The translations under genes were made by a program, and so were the position numbers. Positions 1 through 9,537 of a DNA stretch of 62,139 nucleotides are shown piece by piece. The notes under the pieces are model-generated. The model was not told where the DNA came from and searched no databases. It saw nothing but the letters and a program-made list of their open reading frames with translations. Each line of letters opens with the position of its first letter. Within the stretch, counting starts at the first letter, position 1. The stretch comes from Actinomycetes bacterium (lineage in GTDB: Bacteria; Actinomycetota; Thermoleophilia; BMS3ABIN01). Location: assembly GCA_021790115.1 (NCBI GenBank), contig JAJYIM010000004.1, forward strand, positions 1 through 62,139. Reading direction: 5' to 3'.

Positions 1-89
1 GGCCGCCACCACCAGAAAAAACGGCCGCTCGCTTCAGCGTAAAGAATACCTACTTCGTTCCTTCATCAATCACAGTCCTCTTTCTTTAC

Positions 90-143
90 GTCTTAGATAG
101 GACTTTACTTATGCATGGATCAATAGTCTAAGACTAGTCTATT
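90..143 (+). promoter_or_regulatory. Inverted repeats upstream of the Phd-VapC operon, possible autoregulatory operator
   Basis: GTCTTAGA (90-97) is the reverse complement of TCTAAGAC (127-134); AGACTAGTCT (131-140) is a perfect palindrome. Type II TA operons are usually autorepressed at such sites; function inferred. Confidence 0.3.
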
Positions 144-169
144 CCCCACTTCCACTCAGGAGCAATGTC

Positions 170-442
170 ATGACCAACGTTGGCGCCTATGAGGCAAAAA
201 CACATTTGCCCAAGCTGCTCGATCGGGTTCAGAACGGAGAGCGCTTCGTGATTACAAAGCATGGTCATCCCGTGGCAGAACTGGTTCCCATATCCGGAAG
301 CGACCCCGAGCGGGCAAAAAAAGCTATCGCTGATTTGAAAGAACTTCAAGCGTCTCTGAAGCAACGCGGCGTGCGCTTAAAAGACCTGGTGGGCAAAGGT
401 GAAAGCATTCGCGACCTGGTACACAAGGGGCACCGCTTCTAA
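170..442 (+). CDS. Phd/YefM-family antitoxin
   Basis: N-terminus VGAYEAKTHLPKLLDRVQNGERFVITKHGHPVAELVP is the typical prevent-host-death pattern; RBS caggag; stop overlaps the start of the next gene (TAATG). Confidence 0.92.
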   Translation: MTNVGAYEAKTHLPKLLDRVQNGERFVITKHGHPVAELVPISGSDPERAKKAIADLKELQASLKQRGVRLKDLVGKGESIRDLVHKGHRF

Positions 443-849
443 TGACGTTCGTGCTTGATTGCTCGGTAGTTCTGGCCTGGATTCTTCCCGATGAAAGCCG
501 GCAAACGGTGATGACGATATTGGAAAGATTGGAATCGGAGGACGCCGTTGTGCCCGAGGTGTGGCCTTTGGAAGTTGCCAACGCACTGCTGATTGCCCGA
601 CGAAGGCGCAGGATTACGGAGAAAGATGTTGCACGGGCGCTTGAGGATCTGGCCGCCCTGCCAATACAGGTTGACCAGGAAACTCACCGGCAAGCGTTAC
701 AGGCTGCGCTGTCGCTGGCAAACAAATACAGGCTCTCGTCGTACGATGCCGCCTATCTGGAACTGGCCCGGCGCACGCGCCTTCCCCTGGCGACGCTGGA
801 CACGAAGCTGCGCTCCGCGTGCAAGGCCGCCGGGATTGAACTCCTGTAA
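442..849 (+). CDS. vapC: VapC-type PIN-domain toxin
   Basis: FVLDCS...EVANAL...SYDAAYLELA...LATLD: PIN-domain acidic residue pattern; translationally coupled to the Phd antitoxin. Confidence 0.92.
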   Translation: MTFVLDCSVVLAWILPDESRQTVMTILERLESEDAVVPEVWPLEVANALLIARRRRRITEKDVARALEDLAALPIQVDQETHRQALQAALSLANKYRLSSYDAAYLELARRTRLPLATLDTKLRSACKAAGIELL

Positions 850-886
850 CGATGAGCCCTTGTCTCGCTCTTCCTGATTCAAAAAC

Positions 887-914
887 TTGACACATTAATG
901 TCAATATGTTGAAT
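887..914 (+). promoter_or_regulatory. Possible sigma70-type promoter with an overlapping near-palindrome
   Basis: TTGACA at 887-892 and TTGAAT at 909-914 (16-nt spacer); ttgacacattaatgtcaa (887-904) is an imperfect inverted repeat. Confidence 0.35.
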
Positions 915-1144
915 CCTGGCAAGAGATACTAAGTGCAAAAGGAAGCTCCAATTAGCCGCTGGCAATACTTACAATCGGCCGATATTAAAATTTTCATTTG
1001 GCCGGATAGACAATCATCTATTTTGTGTCCCGTAAATAATAGAATGCGGGACGCAAATATAATTGGGTATGATCGACGAGACGAGAAGGGAAATTTCCTT
1101 GCCCCAGGTGTCTCGGAAATTTCCTTAGAAACAAGGTTCTGATA

Positions 1145-2591
1145 ATGATCCCCGCCGCCATCGTCCAAAAACTCTGGAACTACTGTAACGTCCTCCGCGA
1201 CGACGGTATGGGCTACGGCGATTACGTCGAGCAGCTCACCTATCTGCTCTTCCTCAAAATGGCGGACGAGCGCACCAAGAAGCCGTACAACCAGAAGAGC
1301 ATCGTCCCGGACAAATACAGTTGGCAGAGTCTCATCAAGCGCGACGGCGACGAGCTTTTCGACCACTACCGCCATATCCTCGAAGCCCTGGGCCGCGAGA
1401 AGGGTCTGCTCGGCCTCATCTTTGGCAAGTCCCAGAACAAATTCCAGGACCCCGCCAAGCTTCGCCGGCTGATCATCGAGCTCATCGACAAGGAGAACTG
1501 GTCACGCATGAGCGCGGACGTCAAGGGCGACGCCTACGAAGGGCTTCTTAACAAAAACGCCGTGGAATCGCCCAAGGGAGCGGGGCAATACTTCACCCCG
1601 CGGCCGCTCATCAGCGCCATCGTCGATGCCGTGGCGCCCCAGCCCGGCGAGCAGATCTGCGACCCGGCCTGCGGCACCGGCGGCTTCCTGCTCGCCGCGC
1701 ACGACTATATTGTCGCGGGCAACGAACACCTCACCATGCACGGCATCGGCGGCCCGGAGTACGAGCCGGTCGTGGTGGGCGACTCGCTCGCGGCCGACCC
1801 CCAGGAGCGCTTCGAGCTGGTGCTCACCAATCCGCCCTTCGGCAAGAAAAGCAGCGTCACCATCGTCGGCGAGAACGGCAGGGCCGTGAAGGAGCGGGAG
1901 AGTTATGAGCGCGACGACTTCTGGACCACTACTTCCAACAAGCAGCTTAACTTTCTGCAGCATGTTAAGACGCTGCTTGCGATTAATGGGCGAGCGGCGA
2001 TTGTGGTGCCGGATAATGTGCTGTTTGAGGGCGGTGCTGGTGAAACGATCCGTCGCCGGCTGCTGGATGAGTGTGATGTCCATACGCTGCTACGGCTGCC
2101 GACCGGGTTGTTTTATGCGCAGGGCGTGAAGGCTAATGTTCTCTTCTTTGACAAGAAGCCTGCCAGCGAGGAACCCTGGACGCGGAAGCTGTGGATTTAC
2201 GACCTGCGGACGAACATGCACTTTACGCTGAAGACCAACCCGTTGCAGCGATCTGATTTGGATGATTTCGTGAAGTGCTATAAAAAAACCGGGAAAGGTT
2301 GCCCAGCGTAAGGATACCTGGTCTGAGGACCTGAAGGAGCTTTCACCGGGACAGACGGAGTACAAGGGCCGTTGGCGGGCATTCAGCTACGATGAACTGG
2401 TCGCTCGTGACGAAGCCAGCCTGGATATCTTCTGGCTACGGGATGAGAGCCTTGAAGATTCAGATAATCTGCCCGAGCCGGGCGTGATTGCGCAGGAGAT
2501 TGTTGCTGACCTTGAGGCGGCGCTGGTGCAGTTTAAGGAGATAGCGGCTGATTTGCGGAATAACGAAGAGATAGAGGAGCCTGATATTTAA
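1145..2591 (+). pseudogene. hsdM: Type I restriction-modification methyltransferase (HsdM), internally deleted and frameshifted
   Basis: IVQKLWNYCNVLRDDG N-terminus, GQYFTPR, motif I DPACGTGGF, motif IV NPPF. The ORF stops at 2311, but skipping one A of the A7 run (2282-2288) continues as KPGKVAQRKDTW...GRWRAFSYDELVARDEASLDIFWLRDESLEDSDNLPEPGVIAQEIVADLEAAL, the normal HsdM C-terminus, ending TAA 2589-2591. The segment between AAHDYIV...HLT and MHGIG is about 35 aa shorter than usual. Confidence 0.88.
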
Positions 2592-2674
2592 GCCTGCCGG
2601 CTGGTTTTCTATAATATCTTCATACCAACTCCCCCTTCTGTTCTTTCCTTTTTTACCTTCCTATTTTCGAAAAA

Positions 2675-2707
2675 TTGACAGTGCCTTTTTGTTATTTTAT
2701 GATAACA
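2675..2707 (+). promoter_or_regulatory. Sigma70-type promoter with palindromic operator over the -10 box
   Basis: TTGACA (2675-2680), 17-nt spacer, TATGAT (2698-2703); inverted repeat TGTTAT-N6-ATAACA (2690-2707). Confidence 0.7.
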
Positions 2708-2737
2708 GTATGTTGTCGATAACCTTCCAAGGGGAGA

Positions 2738-3130
2738 ATGCTTTTGACGCAGCGAAGTCAGGTCGAGTTTGCTCTTGCTAAATTCCGAGAACACTGGCCA
2801 CCAAATTGCCGGTTGGCCGAACAGCGCGACAAAAATCTCCAGGCTTTGGCAGATCTGAATTTAACTGCCGACCAAAGAAAAGAAATAATCCTCCATTTGA
2901 AAGTTGAAAATTACGTATCGGGACCGCTGGAGGACAAGGGGAAGGGAGGTGGCAGCATCTGGATTTTTGGCAAGTTTATCGAAGACATTGAGGTCTATAT
3001 AAAGCTAAGCCTTTTTGGGGCTGGTGGAAAACTATATGCCAAATGTATTTCTTTTCATCCAGCGGACCAGCCATTGACCTATCCATTTTCGAAAGGAGGC
3101 GAGACAAATGACCAAGAATTTTCATGTTAA
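2738..3130 (+). CDS. MqsR-like (RelE-fold) type II toxin
   Basis: RDKNLQALADLNLT...YVSGPLED...IWIFGK...VYIKL...CISFHPADQPLTYPF pattern, directly upstream of an MqsA-like antitoxin; RBS aagggga; overlaps the next gene. Confidence 0.75.
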   Translation: MLLTQRSQVEFALAKFREHWPPNCRLAEQRDKNLQALADLNLTADQRKEIILHLKVENYVSGPLEDKGKGGGSIWIFGKFIEDIEVYIKLSLFGAGGKLYAKCISFHPADQPLTYPFSKGGETNDQEFSC

Positions 3131-4166
3131 ATACGTCAAGGAAGACGTATGCCCCGTTTGCGAAGATATTCAAAAAATTGGAGTGGGAACCAGAAAAGAA
3201 GTAGTGACCATAAAAAAAGAACCGGTTGGAGTTGCGGCGAAAGTTGAGAAATGTACAAAATGTGGTGAATTTTTTTCCAGTTCCGAAGATGATGAAGTTG
3301 CTATACAGCAGGCGTATGGCAAATACCGCAGGATTCACAATCTTTTACAACCTACCGAGATCCGGGAGATTCGTGAAAAATATGGCCTGGGCCAGCGTGC
3401 CTTTGCCAGGGTTTTGGGCTGGGGCGAAATAACTATTCATCGGTATGAGGCGGGCTCGCTGCAAGATGACGCCCATAACGATGCTTTATTGTTGGTTCGT
3501 GATGCGGATAACTTTGCAAAAATATATGAACGCACCAGGCATTTACTTCCCAAAAGAGTCGCCAGGCGCGTGGACGGGCGGCTCGCAAATTTACTAGCTG
3601 AATCTCAAGAGGAAAATCTGCACAAATTCCTTGAAACCCAGTTCCTAAAATCCCGGGATGATATCGAGAGCGGCTATAGACGTTTTGATTTGGATCGCTT
3701 TGAATCCGCCATCCTTTACTTTTGTAATGAATTACAATTTGTCTTTAAAACCAAGCTTAACAAGCTCCTTTGGTATTTTGATTTTTTGACATTCAAGCGA
3801 ACTACTCGTTCTGCAACGGGAGCCGTGTATGTTCACTTTCCATACGGGCCCGTTCCTTATCATTACGATATTTTCCTGGCGAATCTCATTGATGAAAGAG
3901 CCTTGGAACCGACGGAAATGACTTTTGATGAGGAGAAGGCCATTGCCGGTGAATGGTATAAGGCACTTGAAGAACCGGATATGACCTTGTTTGATCAAAT
4001 GGAATTAAAATGTTTGCAAACCGTCAGTAAAGTATTTGGCCCGATGAGCGCTAAAAAAATATCAGATCGTTCGCATAATGAAGAGGGATATAAACAAACT
4101 GGTAATAATGAAGTTATTTCATATGAATGGGCTGATCTAGTCCAGATAACGGACCAAGATAACTAA
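3108..4166 (+). CDS. Antitoxin with MqsA-type Zn finger, XRE HTH and C-terminal Panacea (DUF4065/SocA-like) domain
   Basis: CPVC...CTKC zinc finger; IREIREKYGLGQRAFARVLGWGEITIHRYEAG HTH; KTKLNKLLWYFDF...YVHFPYGPVP...SDRSHNE..Y...I.Y is the DUF4065 signature; RBS aaggagg. Confidence 0.85.
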   Translation: MTKNFHVKYVKEDVCPVCEDIQKIGVGTRKEVVTIKKEPVGVAAKVEKCTKCGEFFSSSEDDEVAIQQAYGKYRRIHNLLQPTEIREIREKYGLGQRAFARVLGWGEITIHRYEAGSLQDDAHNDALLLVRDADNFAKIYERTRHLLPKRVARRVDGRLANLLAESQEENLHKFLETQFLKSRDDIESGYRRFDLDRFESAILYFCNELQFVFKTKLNKLLWYFDFLTFKRTTRSATGAVYVHFPYGPVPYHYDIFLANLIDERALEPTEMTFDEEKAIAGEWYKALEEPDMTLFDQMELKCLQTVSKVFGPMSAKKISDRSHNEEGYKQTGNNEVISYEWADLVQITDQDN

Positions 4167-4181
4167 CGAAAGGTGATTGAG

Positions 4182-4439
4182 ATGGCCAAGTCCAAAGTGA
4201 CCGGCAAGAAAGCAGCAAGTAGAGCGTCAAAAACGTTAACGAAGAAATCATCAGGTTCGAAATCAAAAACGGCAGCTGGAAGTGCTTTATCCCAGACAAA
4301 GGCGCCGAAGAAAGTTACTTCTAAGAAAGCGGCGTCCGCTGCTTCAAAGGTGCTTAAATCAAAAAAGGCCAGCAAGAGTTCCAAAGCAGCAGCGGGCAGT
4401 GCTCTTTCACAGACGCCATCCCGGAAGAAGAAAAGATAA
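4182..4439 (+). CDS. Small Lys/Ala/Ser-rich basic protein with two 34-aa repeats ending AAGSALSQT
   Basis: RBS aaggtga 5 nt before ATG 4182 (ORF track starts at GTG 4173); the repeats differ at synonymous positions, which supports coding status. Confidence 0.8.
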   Translation: MAKSKVTGKKAASRASKTLTKKSSGSKSKTAAGSALSQTKAPKKVTSKKAASAASKVLKSKKASKSSKAAAGSALSQTPSRKKKR

Positions 4440-4619
4440 TCACCCGGAAACTCAGGAATTCTGGGGACTCAATACTGAACGCCCGGCATTCTCGAAGTTG
4501 CCGGCGGTGAGGTTCGAGAAAAAGGGAAATAATGCTGGGTCTCCATTCATCTTGCAGAATTACCACGCAATTTTGCAAAGCTTTTGAAAATATGCATGAA
4601 CTCCGGCGAAATGCCGGCC

Positions 4620-6128
4620 TCACGCCCTCACCTTCCTGGTCCCGCCCCGGAAACCCTTGCCGGCCGCGGAAAAGACCCTGTTTCTCTGCAGCTTGTAAAT
4701 ATAGGAGACCAGCCACTCCAGGGCGTCCCCGGAGAGCCCCGTCTTGTCATTGAAGCCGATCGTCTCCTTGCCGATCAGCATGACCAGGTAAGCCAGCCGG
4801 TCGGCGTCTGTCCCCTTCATCGCCAGGCGGTAATCGGGATGCAGGCGGTTGATGCGGACGATGCCGCTGATGAACTCGCTGTGACGGCTGGCGCCGTCTT
4901 CAAAATCATCCTCCATGACATTGATCCTGGAGCCTGTGGGCGACTGTTCGTCACCCGGTTTCCGGGAACGCTCCCCCGTGTTATTGCCGGCTGGTTTGCT
5001 CTGGCGCCGCGTAGCCTGGCGACGCCGCCAGGCCAGGCCGCCGAGCAGCTCCAGGTCCATGAAGTCGTCGTCTTCGAGGATATCGCGGGCCAGCTCGATT
5101 GCTTTTCTGTGGATCTCCTGCTGGCGGCGGAGGTCCTCCTCCGTGCGGATCGAATCGACCTCTTCGCTTAAGACCTTGCCGATCGTCTCCAGCTCGATTA
5201 ACAGGGCCAGCCAGTCGTCGTTAGCCTCAAAGCCGGTTCTTGACGGCAGGGGCTTCAAAAAATCCGCTTCGATGAAGCCGCGCACGAAGCCGCTGCTGTA
5301 GATGGTCTCCCCCCAATACACTTCGGTTTGCGCCCTCTCGCCGAGGTCGTCGATCACGTCCACGCCGGCGTGACGGACCGAGACGGTTCCCTTGCCGGTG
5401 CTGTCATAATAAAAACAGGTTTTGAATTTCCTGCCGGGCTCATTGGTGAGAAGCCAGTCTCTGCAATCCCCAGCCAGCCGGGGGAGCCCGAGGTCGGGCG
5501 GCGCCACGGTTCTGGAAGCGCCGTGGGCCTCTATTATCAGCACCAGGTCGCCGCCGCGCAGGTAGGAATCGTAGAGCTCGCCCCACTTTTTCGCCAGCCT
5601 GTCAACGGCGAGCGGGCCCCTCGCCTTGGTCGGCCTGGCCTTCAGCTCGCTGATGATGATCTTCATGCCGGGTTCGGGCAATGAATCCTTCCTGTTGGCC
5701 TTTTCAAAATCGGCGTCATCCCTGCCCTCTTTCAGCGTCACCCTGAGGGTAGGCAGAGCCGGGGCCTTCTTGCTGAAAAAGGTGCATTTCTTTCCCACCT
5801 GCATGAAACCCCAGATGCCGATGCCCAACTGGCCTATCTGGGCGATGTCCTTGCCCTTCTTAATCGAATCGGCGACGCGCTGGAGCATCTGCTCGAACTC
5901 CTTTTCATCCATCCCGGGAGCGTTGTGCTCGATGACGATCCTTGATGGAGTGATGCGGCAGGAGACCTTGCAGGCGCCGAGCTCCAGCCCCATATCCTTC
6001 CCCTCGCGCCAGGCGTCGAGCGCGTTGCTGACATATTCCTTAAGCGCGTCCGCCGGACTCTGGTAGAGCTGTCCCAGATAGGAGAGCATGGCGGCCATGT
6101 TGCCCTGTATCCTGACCTTCCTGGCCAC
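4620..6128 (-). CDS. GHKL (MORC/Hsp90-like) ATPase-domain protein
   Basis: N box EYVSNALDA, G1-like HNAPGM, G2 box GQLGIG, C-terminal INRLHPDY. Likely start is GTG at 6128, overlapping the TAG of the upstream HTH gene (the ORF track start 6182 is probably too long). Confidence 0.8.
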   Translation of the reverse strand: MARKVRIQGNMAAMLSYLGQLYQSPADALKEYVSNALDAWREGKDMGLELGACKVSCRITPSRIVIEHNAPGMDEKEFEQMLQRVADSIKKGKDIAQIGQLGIGIWGFMQVGKKCTFFSKKAPALPTLRVTLKEGRDDADFEKANRKDSLPEPGMKIIISELKARPTKARGPLAVDRLAKKWGELYDSYLRGGDLVLIIEAHGASRTVAPPDLGLPRLAGDCRDWLLTNEPGRKFKTCFYYDSTGKGTVSVRHAGVDVIDDLGERAQTEVYWGETIYSSGFVRGFIEADFLKPLPSRTGFEANDDWLALLIELETIGKVLSEEVDSIRTEEDLRRQQEIHRKAIELARDILEDDDFMDLELLGGLAWRRRQATRRQSKPAGNNTGERSRKPGDEQSPTGSRINVMEDDFEDGASRHSEFISGIVRINRLHPDYRLAMKGTDADRLAYLVMLIGKETIGFNDKTGLSGDALEWLVSYIYKLQRNRVFSAAGKGFRGGTRKVRA

Positions 6129-6679
6129 TACTTCTTCCCTTTCCCGAAAAACCGGAAGCGGTTGGTGGTCAGCGCCAGCCACCGCTGGAAGCTGGCTTCG
6201 TTCCCCATCATCGTCAGCAGGCTGGCGATATAGCCGACGTCATACTGGTCAAGCCTTTTTCGGAATGTATCCCGGACCTCGGGCGAGCCATCCTTGAACC
6301 ACCGGAGCTCGCTTTCCAGCAATATCAGCAGCAGCTTGATCTTTTCGGCGCGCTCTTGCGCCGCCGGTTGATGTGCTTGCCTGAATGGGTCTGGACGGTG
6401 GCGCCGCAGCTTTGTATTCGCCGCGGCATCTTCCCCTGCCACAGGCGCTTCGTCAGGAGAGCCTTCGAGGCCGTCCAGATAAGAACTCACTTTTTCCAAA
6501 TGCTGTCTGGACGGTAGCGTCCTGGTTTTTTCCTTCCGGAACCACTGGGCGACGGTGGACCTGGGGATTGCCAGTTGCCTGGCCAGCTCGGAGACATTCA
6601 TTCCGCACCCCTCGATATGCGCGGATAATTCATTAATCGCTTGCTCGGCCGAGATGGTTTTTTTCCTGCTGCGGCTCAT
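6128..6679 (-). CDS. XRE-family HTH protein with an unassigned C-terminal helical region
   Basis: MNVSELARQLAIPRSTVAQWFR helix-turn-helix; coupled to the ATPase gene. Confidence 0.75.
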   Translation of the reverse strand: MSRSRKKTISAEQAINELSAHIEGCGMNVSELARQLAIPRSTVAQWFRKEKTRTLPSRQHLEKVSSYLDGLEGSPDEAPVAGEDAAANTKLRRHRPDPFRQAHQPAAQERAEKIKLLLILLESELRWFKDGSPEVRDTFRKRLDQYDVGYIASLLTMMGNEASFQRWLALTTNRFRFFGKGKK

Positions 6680-7064
6680 GTTGCGGAGAGATTGCCGGAA
6701 CGTTTTCCGACCGTCCGGAAGTATTGTTTAATTAACATGCTGATTCCTTTAGCAAATTTGTCACAGCAAGAATAAACCCCGCAGCGGACGGAAAAGCCTG
6801 CGCGCAAAATTTCCCCTCAAGGTAATTACAGGAACCGGGGCAATAATGATATAGCGCAGGAGGTATGTAAACAAGATGCCACCGCGATTGCGAACAGACG
6901 CGCATGAAAATTTAAAGGCTACAACGGATTATGCTTTGCTGGGCCTGCATACGGCTTCATTGCCGTTGCTCCACATCCGCTGAAAATGAAATCCCGCGGA
7001 TGACAAACCCCTCCCCGGTGATTAGAATATCCTGGTTCTGTTTACGCGGCAGTCTGGAGGCAAT

Positions 7065-7979
7065 TTGTCGATCCTGGTAGTTGGTTCCATCGCGCTGGAC
7101 ACCGTGGAGACGCCCTTTGGCCAGGCTGAGGAGGCGCTGGGCGGGGCGGCGGTTTACTTTTCCTACGCGGCCAGCTTCTTTAATCATGTGCGGCTGGTGG
7201 GAGTCATTGGAGAAGATTTTCCCGAAGAGCATCTTAAGCTTCTCGAGGGTCGCGACATTGACCTCGCCGGCCTGGAGCGCGGCCGGGGCGCCACCTTCCG
7301 CTGGAAAGGGCGCTATGATTTTGACTTAAACGAGGCGCACACGCTGGACACGCAGCTGAACGTCTTTGAGACGTTCGCACCGAAGATCCCCGAAGCCTTC
7401 AAGGACAGCGAGTTCGTCTTCCTGGCCAACATCCAGCCGGGCCTGCAGCTCGATGTCGCCCGGCAGGTAAGCGCGCCGCGCATTATTGCCTGCGACACGA
7501 TGAATTTCTGGATCGAGGGCGCCTACGACCAGCTGCGGGAGACGCTGAAAGCCGTTGACATCCTGGTAATAAATGATGCTGAGGCGCGCGAGCTGGCGCG
7601 CGAGCCCAGCCTGGTGAAGGCGGCGCGGCAGATCCTTGATTGGGGGCCGGAGACGCTGGTGGTAAAGCGGGGCGAGTACGGCGTGCTGATGTTCAATGAA
7701 CGCTCCGTCTTCTCGGCGCCCGCCTATCCACTGGAGGATGTTTATGATCCCACCGGCGCCGGCGACACGTTTGCCGGGGGCTTTATGGGCTATCTCTCGA
7801 CGCAGGAAGACATTAACGAAACGGCGATCCGCCAGGCCATCATCTTCGGCTCCACCCTGGCCAGCTTCAACGTGGAGGACTTTAGCCTCAACCGGATGAA
7901 AAACATTGAGATGCAGGATATTCTGGACCGGTTCGCGGAGTTCAAGCTGCTGTCGCATTTTGAGGAAGTTGAAACTTGA
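7065..7979 (+). CDS. PfkB-family sugar/nucleoside kinase
   Basis: ILVVGSIALD N-terminus, LGGAAVY, DPTGAGDTFAGG PfkB signature; RBS ggagg. Confidence 0.92.
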   Translation: MSILVVGSIALDTVETPFGQAEEALGGAAVYFSYAASFFNHVRLVGVIGEDFPEEHLKLLEGRDIDLAGLERGRGATFRWKGRYDFDLNEAHTLDTQLNVFETFAPKIPEAFKDSEFVFLANIQPGLQLDVARQVSAPRIIACDTMNFWIEGAYDQLRETLKAVDILVINDAEARELAREPSLVKAARQILDWGPETLVVKRGEYGVLMFNERSVFSAPAYPLEDVYDPTGAGDTFAGGFMGYLSTQEDINETAIRQAIIFGSTLASFNVEDFSLNRMKNIEMQDILDRFAEFKLLSHFEEVET

Positions 7980-8053
7980 AAGACTTTGGGGCCTGTTTTG
8001 AGATGTTGTTTTATTGCGGCCGACTGCGGAGGCTGCGCTGATGCCGGTGACCA

Positions 8054-8416
8054 ATGCTCTGGCGTAGCCTCAACTTCTGGCGGATTGCCGCCATCATCCT
8101 CTTCATCCTGGTCCTGATTCTGGCATTCCCGCTGTTGAAGCCGGGCCCGCGGTTCAAGTTGCAGTCATCCGCCATGAATATCCAAAAGACCGGGACAATG
8201 TACGGCGCCAACTTCCACTACAGCGTAAAAAACACCGGCGGCCTCGGCGGTGAGGTCAATGTCAATTTTCACGCCTATCTCAATGACCGCGGGGGGGAAT
8301 CGCAGTTTGATTACATCACTATTGGCATAAATGCGGGCGAGACCAAGTCGGGCCAGTTCTTCATGCCGCTCGTTCCCGGACAGGCTGTCCACGACTGGCG
8401 TATTGACCTGTCGTAA
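8054..8416 (+). CDS. Small membrane-anchored/exported hypothetical protein
   Basis: One hydrophobic N-terminal segment (IAAIILFILVLILAFPLL) followed by a beta-rich domain; lies between co-oriented genes. Confidence 0.65.
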   Translation: MLWRSLNFWRIAAIILFILVLILAFPLLKPGPRFKLQSSAMNIQKTGTMYGANFHYSVKNTGGLGGEVNVNFHAYLNDRGGESQFDYITIGINAGETKSGQFFMPLVPGQAVHDWRIDLS

Positions 8417-8517
8417 TGAAGCGGACTTTGGCCTCTGGATGCTGGATAAACAAATTTGGGATCGGGCGGAATTCTTTTGTCGAAAACCCCAAAACAGTTT
8501 GACACTGGATATGGGCA

Positions 8518-9456
8518 TTGATTGTTCAAGCCGACAGCCTCGTTAAGAAATACGGTGGCGCCGCCGCCGTTGACGGCGTCAGCTTCTCCATTGAAAAGGG
8601 GCAGATATTTGGCCTGTTGGGTCCCAACGGCGCCGGCAAGACCACTACCATCTCCATCCTCTCCACTTATCTTAAGCCAACCGCCGGGGAGGCCACCATC
8701 GACGGCCTCAGCGTCAGGCGCCAGGCCGGCAAGGTGCGCGAGATCATCGGCTTCGTGCCGCAGGAGATTGCCCTTTACCCCACCTTGACTGCGCTGCAAA
8801 ACCTCAAATTCTACGGCAAGATGTATGGGCTGGGCGGCGCCGGGCTGGAGCGGCGCTGCCGCGAAGTGCTGGAGCTGGTGGAGCTGTGGCAGCGCCGCCA
8901 CGACAACATCGAGCAGTTCTCGGGCGGCATGAAGCGCCGCATCAACCTCGGGGCCGGCCTGCTGCACAGCCCCCGCTTCCTGCTGCTGGATGAGCCTACC
9001 GTCGGCGTTGATCCCCAGTCGCGCGAGCACATCTTTGATACCATTTTCAAAATCAGGGACAACGGCGCCACCATTCTTTACACATCGCATTATATGGAGG
9101 AGGTGGAGCTGCTCTGTGACCACATCGCCATCATGGACCGGGGGAAAGTAATTGCCAGCGGCACCCTCAGGGAGCTGCTGAAAATGCTGGGCGAGGGCGG
9201 CGTCATCGAGCTGGAAGTGGCGCCGCCCGGCTGTCCCTCCGGGCTGGAAACGGAGATCGCCAGCCAGCAGGGGGTGACAGGAGTGAGGAGGGAAGACAAC
9301 AAAGTGTTTGTCTCCTCCTCAAACAGCGCCCGCTCGCTGCCGCCGGTGATGAAAGTGCTGGAGTCAGCCGGCTGCGAAGTCGGCAGCCTGGAGCTGTACG
9401 CCCCCAGCCTGGAAAAGCTGTTCATCCAGCTGACCGGCAAGGAGTTGCGGGAATGA
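8518..9456 (+). CDS. ABC-2 type exporter ATP-binding subunit
   Basis: Walker A GPNGAGKT, signature FSGGMKRR, Walker B/D-loop [12 protein letters not shown]-loop TSHY. Confidence 0.95.
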   Translation: MIVQADSLVKKYGGAAAVDGVSFSIEKGQIFGLLGPNGAGKTTTISILSTYLKPTAGEATIDGLSVRRQAGKVREIIGFVPQEIALYPTLTALQNLKFYGKMYGLGGAGLERRCREVLELVELWQRRHDNIEQFSGGMKRRINLGAGLLHSPRFLLLDEPTVGVDPQSREHIFDTIFKIRDNGATILYTSHYMEEVELLCDHIAIMDRGKVIASGTLRELLKMLGEGGVIELEVAPPGCPSGLETEIASQQGVTGVRREDNKVFVSSSNSARSLPPVMKVLESAGCEVGSLELYAPSLEKLFIQLTGKELRE

Positions 9457-9537
9457 GGGGCATGCAACACTCGCCTCTATCCCCTTAAAAAAGAAAACCT
9501 GGCAGGTTCCGGAACTTTGAACTTGGGACTTTAACCA

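Noticed and set aside
933-1142. 69-aa ORF upstream of hsdM
   Set aside because: GTG start without a clear RBS and no recognisable motif; could be a remnant but cannot be supported.
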